This document shows, piece by piece, positions 25,916 to 32,000 of a stretch of 32,000 bases of DNA. A program made the position numbers and the translations under genes. The DNA is from Prochlorococcus sp. MIT 0801. Its GTDB lineage: Bacteria > Cyanobacteriota > Cyanobacteriia > PCC-6307 > Cyanobiaceae. The notes under the pieces are model-generated. The model saw only the letters and a program-made list of their open reading frames with translations, had not been told where the DNA came from and did no database searches. The DNA is taken from assembly GCF_000757865.1 (NCBI RefSeq), contig NZ_CP007754.1:60001-92000 (forward strand), given 5' to 3'. Within the stretch, counting starts at the first letter, position 1. The number at the start of each line of letters is the position of its first letter.

Positions 25916-25983
25916 AGTGCCTGTGCCAATCAATAAACCCTCCTGTTAAGGATTTATTCTTAATCCTCTTCCGGTAAATTCTG

Positions 25984-26078
25984 TGTGTGAGGAGTTGAGA
26001 TCCTCCGCAGTGGAAACAAGGAAACACTTGCGCCTGATCTCACAAAGAAACCGCCTAACAGAACTAGGCGGCTTTTTT
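25984..26078 (+). ncRNA. Yfr2-family-like sRNA candidate
   Basis: The 5' TGTGTGAGGAGTTG (25984-25997) is complementary to the Yfr1 motif. GGAAACAAGGAAAC follows, then a terminator (CCGCCTA-N7-TAGGCGG plus T6). A TAAATT -10 candidate lies at 25975. The length of about 94 nt fits the family. Confidence 0.5.
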
Positions 26079-26142
26079 GTGCCTAACGAAAGACACCGTT
26101 AAGTAAAATTACTTATAATATGTTATGAATTTAAATTTATAG

Positions 26143-26232
26143 ATGATCAAGAAGTACCCCTTCCTTCCTTTCTTTATCTTTACTGCTTTTGTTGCAGGTA
26201 CCGCAACAATTGGTCTTCCAGTATTTGCTTGA
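26143..26232 (+). CDS. Hypothetical 29-aa hydrophobic peptide
   Basis: MIKKYPFLPFFIFTAFVAGTATIGLPVFA. Open frame only. Confidence 0.2.
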   Translation: MIKKYPFLPFFIFTAFVAGTATIGLPVFA

Positions 26233-26379
26233 GTTGGTTAATTTTTCTAGAAAAATATATTTATAAATGACCATTTTTAACTACAAAGTCCTACGTTCTA
26301 ATACGTCAAGCAATTCAGTTATTATCTGAATTGCTTGTTATAAGATTAGATAAATCTTTTGTTTTTAATAGAGATAAAT

Positions 26380-26683
26380 ATGAGCAATATGAATCCAACC
26401 ATTAGTTCTAACTGCGGTTATTCTCTCTCCAATAGCAGATGGAGATCATCACATCCATAATTTTCCTTACACTCATCGCATGTATTGCAGACCAACTCAC
26501 CATCAAGTATTAGTTTCTCGCAGTTATCGAACAAGCGGAGTCAGTTGTCGTTCTGCTATTTCAACTACAGGGTGATTGATTAGAAGTGGTCTTGCCGCAG
26601 CAATTTCCAAGAAATATGCTTCCGCATGATCTATTCCTCTAGGTGCTGTTCTAGGTATGGGTATTGCAAACGCTGATTGCTAA
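26380..26683 (+). pseudogene. Possible gene remnant spread over several frames (glycine-zipper-like C-terminus)
   Basis: MSNMNPTISSNCGYSLSNS / DGDHHIHNFPYTHRMYC... / LIRSGLAAAISKKYASA / SIPLGAVLGMGIANADC are consecutive pieces in different frames. Confidence 0.2.
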
Positions 26684-27158
26684 TTAGGAATTTATCCTGA
26701 TGCAGACTCTTTGAGGGTTTGAGTAGAAAGCAAAAGCAGAACAAATCCTTACCAGTGTTAGTTCTGTTAACACAGAGAGAAAGGGACTCAAGGTCGCTGA
26801 AGCAGCAGGGTCCCTTTCTTCATGCCATGAAAAAAGGGGTTTTGTCTCATGTTCTTCTGAGCCAGATTTGTTTGGAATGAATTAGGAGTTCTAACACTTC
26901 CCTTCCAGCAAAGGGTTAGCAAGGAAATGCCTGAATTTTCTAAATGATACAAAAGTGCTGAACTCGAAAGGGGCGATACAAACTCGCCCCTTCTTAATGT
27001 CAAAAAATGATGACCAGAGCAACTAGACAGAAAAAGTATGTTTTATTAGTTTGATCCCCGTCGCAAACGCAAGCAAGCAAAGCAGGAGTGAGCGGTGCTT
27101 TTTTTATCTCTACTTCGTCATCCCTCTGATTACTGACTTCACCAGAATCTTTATAGGA

Positions 27159-27491
27159 ATGAATCCACCATCAGATATCAGTTACATGAATGAAGAAGCA
27201 AGAGAAGCACGTCCAACTCCTTCAGATTGCTTAATCGCTCGAACTAAAGATTTTATTCTTCTTCCTATCCGTGACAAGAAATCTGTGATGGTTTCTCCGA
27301 CTGTCTTTAATAAACTTTGGTTTTGCGCTGAAGAAGGTATTCCAACCAAATTAAAGAACACAAGAAGACTTGACTACGAAGGTGCTCATGAGAAACTGAG
27401 ATCCTTGGTAAAGGTAGAAAGATCAAACCAGCAGAGGAATGTCTTAGGTGGGTTGGATCAAGTTAGATTTACACTTTTCCACTTTATATAG
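27159..27491 (+). CDS. Hypothetical protein
   Basis: Open frame. I prefer the ATG at 27159 because the upstream part of the tracked ORF runs through a T-tract hairpin at about 27090-27117. Confidence 0.35.
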   Translation: MNPPSDISYMNEEAREARPTPSDCLIARTKDFILLPIRDKKSVMVSPTVFNKLWFCAEEGIPTKLKNTRRLDYEGAHEKLRSLVKVERSNQQRNVLGGLDQVRFTLFHFI

Positions 27492-27515
27492 TTCTGCTTT
27501 TGAATTATTCTTTTT

Positions 27516-28106
27516 TTATAAATAGATCTTCACGCCTGCAAGAATAGATTGACTAGATTCATCAGAGATTCGTACATCTCCAAATGTTATGTCGTCATAG
27601 ATTCTATATGTATATTTTATATCTAAAATAGTATTATCAGTGATTTGATAACCAACGCCTACCATGAAATCAGTATTTAGCACCGTATCTTCATCTGAAG
27701 CTACCTCATGTTTTGTACCTCCAATGCCTACTCCGAGAGAAGTAACAAATTTAGAATCATTATTAAAATCCATGAAAACATTTGCTACCCATGTTGATGA
27801 AATAATATCAACATAAGTTGAGCTCTTTGTTGTATTTTCAAAATCTGCTCCACTTCTATTATATAAACCTTCAATTCTAAATCCTCCAAAGTCATATCCA
27901 AGACCAGCCTGCATTTCTATTCCAGGATCAAAACCTAATGTTCCTGTTGCTCCTCCAAAATCTAAATCAGTAGATTGACTTACACCTAAATAACCCGTGG
28001 CGTATATACCTTTTAAATCATCTTCTGCCAAAACAGGAGAAGATAATGCCGTAATAAATAAAGTAATAACACCCAACAACTTCTTAGAGAAACTCATGAA
28101 AACCAC
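27516..28106 (-). CDS. Outer-membrane beta-barrel protein (OmpA-like/OMP_b-brl type)
   Basis: Signal peptide MSFSKKLLGVITLFITALSSPVLA, then alternating amphipathic strands rich in G/Y/D (GLGYDFGGFRIEGLY, VGVGYQITDNTILDIKYTY). The start may be the ATG at 28097. Confidence 0.65.
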   Translation of the reverse strand: MVFMSFSKKLLGVITLFITALSSPVLAEDDLKGIYATGYLGVSQSTDLDFGGATGTLGFDPGIEMQAGLGYDFGGFRIEGLYNRSGADFENTTKSSTYVDIISSTWVANVFMDFNNDSKFVTSLGVGIGGTKHEVASDEDTVLNTDFMVGVGYQITDNTILDIKYTYRIYDDITFGDVRISDESSQSILAGVKIYL

Positions 28107-28250
28107 CTAACTTTAAATAGATTAATCTATACACATAGATAAGCTAGTTCAACTAGAGAGGTTCTCGATTTGTCACGTACTTCTCATAGGTAATTCTCAG
28201 TTTAAAAGTAAAGCTATTGTTGTTAACACTAGAATTAAAGTGAAGAAAAA

Positions 28251-28268
28251 GAAGAAGAAGAAGAAGAA
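28251..28268. repeat. (GAA)6 microsatellite
   Basis: Read directly. It sits just upstream of the integrase remnant. Confidence 0.85.
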
Positions 28269-28299
28269 TATTTCATGACCTCTAAAATCCAATAGCCAG

Positions 28300-29106
28300 C
28301 TATAAAGGGGAAAGGGAAACAGGCTAAGTTGTTAATTTATTATGCAAATAATTCTTCAAGAGGTGGAGAAAAGAAAGAGCCATTGAATTTAAAAAAGAGA
28401 TTCCACAACAAACGACTATTAATCAAGAGATGTCTTATCTCAGAAGAGTCTTTTCAGAAGTGGCTGTAACTCATGGATTTATTAGTAAAGATACAGTCCC
28501 TGATATACCATCTATCCGATTACCAAAAGATGAAAAACACAGATGAGATAACCTAACTGCTAAAGAATGGGAAGAACAAGAAACAGTTACCAGGCTCAAT
28601 TGGATCAAAGGAACAATAAGAATCCTCAATGAGAATTACATAATCAACAAAGATAAGAATAGAAAGTATCAGACCAGATCAAATCAACCCTTTGGAGAGA
28701 AGAGAGGTAAGAAGCAATTAATCTATAGAGAGCTTGCTTACTTAGCAATGAGAGTGGCTATGGATACTGGGATGAGAACAGGTAGCTTACGGAAATTAAA
28801 ATGGAGCGATATCGGTGAGAACACCGCAATACCAGAAAAGAAAGAAAGATCTGGGTCAAAATTGATGTGCCAGCTTAGAAGACCAAAACAGGTAGGTCTT
28901 ACTGGGTTGCAGCTCCCATTGCCAAGTTCTAAGAACGAAGACGAATGATCACTAAATACAAAAAGATGGATTACTATATCTTCACGAATCAGGGTTCAGG
29001 TAAACAAATCAGTGAGAGAATTTGGCAAGATTCAATTGCTGATCTGTTAGTCGAAGCAAGACCTGCAAACTTGAGAAAAGATTTACTCTTAATATTTTGC
29101 GAATAG
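28300..29106 (+). pseudogene. Tyrosine recombinase (phage-type integrase), decayed and 3'-truncated
   Basis: The core-binding-like TINQEMSYLRRVFSEVAVTHGFI...LTAKEWEE has an in-frame TGA at 28544. LAMRVAMDTGMRTGSLRKLKWSDI follows. The frame then shifts to WVKIDVPA*KTKTGRSYWVAAPIAKF (TAG at 28876). The sequence ends before the HxxR and Tyr catalytic region. Confidence 0.65.
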
Positions 29107-29231
29107 GAAGCCTCAAAAGCTGTTTTATAAATAGAGCAATAACCTGTAATTATTTTAGGAAAGAAGCATTGAGACTATCTCGAACTCGAATGGGATCGAA
29201 AAATAAAGCAATGAGATACTACAAATACAAT

Positions 29232-29507
29232 TTAATCACCAAATCGATAATGCTTACGGACTGCCTTATGAACATCCCATCTACAGTCCATACCAGCCGG
29301 AAAAACCACTAAGTCCCCTTCACCAAACTTCACAGGTTCTCCTCCCTCAGGAGTAACTGTGACTTCTCCCTCAAGCAACAAGCAAGTCTCTTGGTCGTCA
29401 TAAGTCCAATCGAAAGAGCTTGTTTCACACGTCCAGATTGGCCAGTTTTTAATACCTAGCTCATTAACGGTACTCTCAGGACAAGGAGAGGTGACTGCTA
29501 TAGACAA
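29232..29507 (-). CDS. Small cupin-domain protein (cupin_3/DUF861-like)
   Basis: IWTCETSSFDWTYDDQETCLLLEGEVTVTPEGGEPVKFGEGDLVVFPAGMDCRWDV is the typical single-cupin layout. TTG start. Confidence 0.65.
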   Translation of the reverse strand: MSIAVTSPCPESTVNELGIKNWPIWTCETSSFDWTYDDQETCLLLEGEVTVTPEGGEPVKFGEGDLVVFPAGMDCRWDVHKAVRKHYRFGD

Positions 29508-29681
29508 GAGATAAAAAAATAGTGGACTTCTTTTTTAGCTCCTCATAGAAACAGTTGTCTAATGACTACTCAAATTTTTGAAGCCATAACCCTGAAATAC
29601 CAGAGATGATAAGTTTTTTTAATCTATACTTGTAGTCCAATCAGTCATTCGTTTTATTGGCATAGAACAATACTTTAGTTA

Positions 29682-29888
29682 ATGGATTCAGCTAATCAAA
29701 TCCAAGCCCTCGTTGACGAAGTAGAAAAGAATCCAGAATACAAAATTAGCGAACAAGAAGCTAAGGGTTTCCTGTCAGAAATTAAGCGACTTACAAAAGA
29801 AGATAAAACAAATATGCCTCCCTTGGTTGTGATAATAATGGCTTATATCAACATGCTTTTTCCAGAACTAGATGAAGTGAAGGTCTGA
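29682..29888 (+). CDS. Hypothetical protein
   Basis: Open frame only. Confidence 0.3.
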   Translation: MDSANQIQALVDEVEKNPEYKISEQEAKGFLSEIKRLTKEDKTNMPPLVVIIMAYINMLFPELDEVKV

Positions 29889-30057
29889 GAAAAAGTAAAA
29901 AAAATAAAATAGATTTCTCTTCACTATTAATATATAAGCTAGGACCCTATTGACCACTCATACCCCCTGGCAAGTCGCTACTAAGGTCGCAAAATCAAGA
30001 AATCCCTTTTGCGGAGTAGTCAATAGAAAGGTATTGATGAAATGAATAGGTAGCAAC

Positions 30058-30237
30058 ATGAGTCTTCCTCCCTATTTCATAGATGAGAAAAACAAAGAGG
30101 TTGTTTTTCACATCAAAGGTGATCCCGTGACAATGGCAATTCTTACTTGGATGAAATCTTTCCCAGATCACTACAAGGGAGTTTCTTGTCGGTGTGAAGA
30201 AACCTTCTACAAGTTGAGGGCAAAAGTCAATGACTGA
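30058..30237 (+). CDS. Cassette A'' gene 2 (inverted copy)
   Basis: MSLPPYFIDEKNKEVVFHIKGDPV...AKVND. It is below the ORF-track cutoff. Its upstream 75 nt match copy A, not copy A'. Confidence 0.5.
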   Translation: MSLPPYFIDEKNKEVVFHIKGDPVTMAILTWMKSFPDHYKGVSCRCEETFYKLRAKVND

Positions 30238-30413
30238 AAAAATAGATTGGAAACAAGAACTGCTTGATTCGGAAAATTTCAATAAGAAACAAGAAAACCT
30301 ATTAAAAAATCGTACAAAGTCATTAACTGATAATTGGTTGCTTGGCGCTCTCTACCTCAGATGGAAAAAGTTGAAAGGTATCAGACCAGATCCAGAAATG
30401 CCTAATTGCAGTT
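30065..30413 (+). repeat. Right arm of the 349-bp near-perfect inverted repeat
   Basis: It is the reverse complement of 24323..24671. Confidence 0.85.
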
Positions 30414-30433
30414 TCAACGTTCAAGAAAGATAA
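30230..30433 (+). pseudogene. Cassette A'' gene 3, 3'-truncated at the repeat boundary
   Basis: The first 61 aa are identical to 24267..24506. The sequence then diverges (FNVQER*), and gene 4 is absent. Confidence 0.5.
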
Positions 30434-30892
30434 CCGTACTAGTTAATTAACTCATTAACTAAGTTTCCTAGCCAAAATATTTAACAAGTTGTGTGGGTTG
30501 GTCAATCACCTACAAGTGCTTGAAAAGGTTTTGCAAAGCGCCTTTTTGACACTCAACTAGAGCTAGGGGAATTGTTCTGCATAGCAATTTCCCTCTCTCG
30601 CTTAGCAGTTAGTCAGACTTATTGCAATGAGCTACCACAATGCCTCTTTAAACTTTTCGCACGCATCTACTAGTCATAATGTTGCACTGGTTGAGAAGTC
30701 TGTTTCTGTATGAGATACAAATGCAGCGTATAGATAATTAAGAGCTAAGGCTTTAGATACATAGAACTGATGAACAAGGCACAAAAGATACTTAGTAGAA
30801 ACGTGGCTATTGACTTAATCAAAGAATCAGAGTTGATCTGGAAAAATTAGTGCTTAAATAGTTTTTTTTGAACTCTTGCTTTCCCAATAACT

Positions 30893-31033
30893 TTATGCAG
30901 AGTCAATCATTTTGACTATCTCGCTATCAGGACAACCAGTTTGCTCTCGCAATAATTTGCATTGAGAATTGATATCTCTCCAGATTTCTCTGATTTCTAC
31001 AAACTGTTCATCAGTGAATTGGAAGTTACTCAT
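30893..31033 (-). CDS. Hypothetical 46-aa ORF
   Basis: MSNFQFTDEQFVEIREIWRDINSQCKLLREQTGCPDSEIVKMIDSA. Open frame only. Confidence 0.25.
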   Translation of the reverse strand: MSNFQFTDEQFVEIREIWRDINSQCKLLREQTGCPDSEIVKMIDSA

Positions 31034-31112
31034 GTTCTCGAACTCTTTAAAGTTTTCATCAATTTGTGTCAGTTTTTATGGACACCTTCCCTTGAATTGC
31101 GAAGATGAACGT

Positions 31113-31208
31113 ATGAAAAGCATTTCTAAACTTTTAGCAATTAGTATCGTTGCAATTTTTGTCCTTTCTGCCTTTGCAGGATTGTTTGGAACACTTTTAT
31201 CGCGCTAA
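31113..31208 (+). CDS. Hypothetical 31-aa single-TM peptide
   Basis: MKSISKLLAISIVAIFVLSAFAGLFGTLLSR, from an internal ATG of the tracked ORF 30969..31208. Confidence 0.25.
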   Translation: MKSISKLLAISIVAIFVLSAFAGLFGTLLSR

Positions 31209-31219
31209 TCAATTGTTTT

Positions 31220-31393
31220 ATGGTTTATAAAATCATCAGGTACGATAAAGAATCCGATGAAATTACTTTGCAATCATTTAACTGCTATGACGAGGCATAT
31301 GATCTGTTAGAAGAGATATACTCAGATGTTTGTTGTTCTGATGCTGATTATGGCGACCGTCCCTATTATGAAATTATTGAAGTAGAAAAGTGA
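31220..31393 (+). CDS. Hypothetical 57-aa acidic protein
   Basis: MVYKIIRYDKESDEITLQSFNCYDEAYDLLEEIYSDVCCSDADYGDRPYYEIIEVEK. Open frame only. Confidence 0.3.
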   Translation: MVYKIIRYDKESDEITLQSFNCYDEAYDLLEEIYSDVCCSDADYGDRPYYEIIEVEK

Positions 31394-31530
31394 AACTGAC
31401 AGAGAGTCAATATCTGCTATTTGTTTGTTATCTAAATAGGCTTGATTTTAGTGGTTTTAGATCTCTTTGTCTTATCTTTGGTAAAGGAGCCATCATTCCT
31501 ATGATATTTAAAATGCTAATTGAGTACTAG

Positions 31531-31737
31531 ATGTTTAAGCAAGAGACTATTTTGGAATATTTAAGCTCATCTGAGGGGATTAATAAAATTATTGTTGGAA
31601 TTATTTTAGTGGGAACTATTAATGCCATTTTCATAGCTTATAGCGTTAGAAGCACTTATGGGGCTGCCAAAAAAGAAAGAGAAAAACTAAAAATTCAACA
31701 AGATAAAATCGATAAATTGTCCCCTAAACAAGAATAG
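31531..31737 (+). CDS. Hypothetical single-TM protein
   Basis: A hydrophobic segment IIVGIILVGTINAIFIAY is followed by a K/E-rich tail. Confidence 0.3.
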   Translation: MFKQETILEYLSSSEGINKIIVGIILVGTINAIFIAYSVRSTYGAAKKEREKLKIQQDKIDKLSPKQE

Positions 31738-32000
31738 AATATATGTCTATTTTAATACTATGGACTAAGGCATCGAGGTGTAGACGACTGTATATGAAAC
31801 TTGTCATTTCGTTTATATAGAGTATATTTTTTTATGCCAAGCTTTTGCATTGTTTATGGCTGGATTTGTATTTAGTTGATTTTTTTCTTTAGAAGATCGT
31901 ATCTCCTATGGGTTCTCTATAACTTAAAAGCTCAAGTGGTTAATTTGGATTATCTCTCTTAATTAACTTGTTATGAGGTAAAAATACTTGAGCATATCGA

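Noticed and set aside
25708-25936. ORFs 25708..25929 (-) and 25751..25936 (+).
   Set aside because: They overlap each other and the Yfr1-like hairpin and terminator. Neither has a family motif, and the region is better explained as promoter plus sRNA.
26788-27158. ORF 26788..27003 (-) and the first 36 codons of ORF 27051..27491.
   Set aside because: They run through the strong hairpins and the T-tract terminator-like element, and their composition is unlike the neighbouring coding sequence.
27516-28160. The idea that the nearby OMP gene is a target of the Yfr1-like sRNA, since Yfr1 is reported to regulate porin genes.
   Set aside because: The 5' region of the OMP gene (…GUUAGGUGGUUUUCAUG…) shows no convincing complement to ACUCCUCACAC by eye.
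29097-29312. ORF 29097..29312 (+).
   Set aside because: It is antisense to the cupin gene and overlaps the tail of the integrase remnant.
1-32000. A tRNA, tmRNA or rRNA gene as the integration target or island boundary.
   Set aside because: I found no cloverleaf-compatible sequence or GGTTCGAATCC-type T-arm. The single GGTTCGA at about 20611 has no tRNA context. tRNAscan/ARAGORN should confirm this.

Overview
The window is AT-rich and looks like marine picocyanobacterial DNA, most consistent with Prochlorococcus. That assignment rests on gene content, synteny and composition; no database search was possible. Bases 1-9348 are a tightly packed core block: alaS (5'-truncated), speA, ndk, thiO-like oxidase, gatB, coaE and argJ. 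Everything after the argJ stop codon looks like a genomic island. (1) The last 24 nt of argJ recur four more times in direct orientation (12134, 13366, 14652, 15257). These copies delimit four small cargo slots: a PD-(D/E)XK nuclease plus a zinc-ribbon/GIY-YIG-like protein; a cassette of overlapping tiny ORFs; an orphan cyanase gene (cynS); and a Cys-rich 48-aa ORF preceded by two Fur-family-like boxes. (2) A cobalamin riboswitch precedes a HupE/UreJ metal transporter gene. (3) Two large secreted-type proteins share a C-terminal RTX-like/DUF4214-like module: a 1373-aa metzincin-cadherin protein with five near-identical 324-bp tandem repeats, and a 563-aa Asp-box protein. A small ORF family present in three copies is interleaved with them. 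(4) The tiny-ORF cassette recurs twice more (23.9-24.7 kb and, inverted, 30.0-30.4 kb). The last two copies form a near-perfect 349-bp inverted repeat around a 5.4-kb segment. That segment holds a decayed serine recombinase, a decayed tyrosine integrase, an outer-membrane beta-barrel gene, a cupin gene and two adjacent sRNA candidates (Yfr1-like and Yfr2-like) with 14 nt of perfect mutual complementarity. No tRNA, rRNA or CRISPR array was found. All protein calls rest on motifs read from the translations and need HMM/BLAST confirmation.
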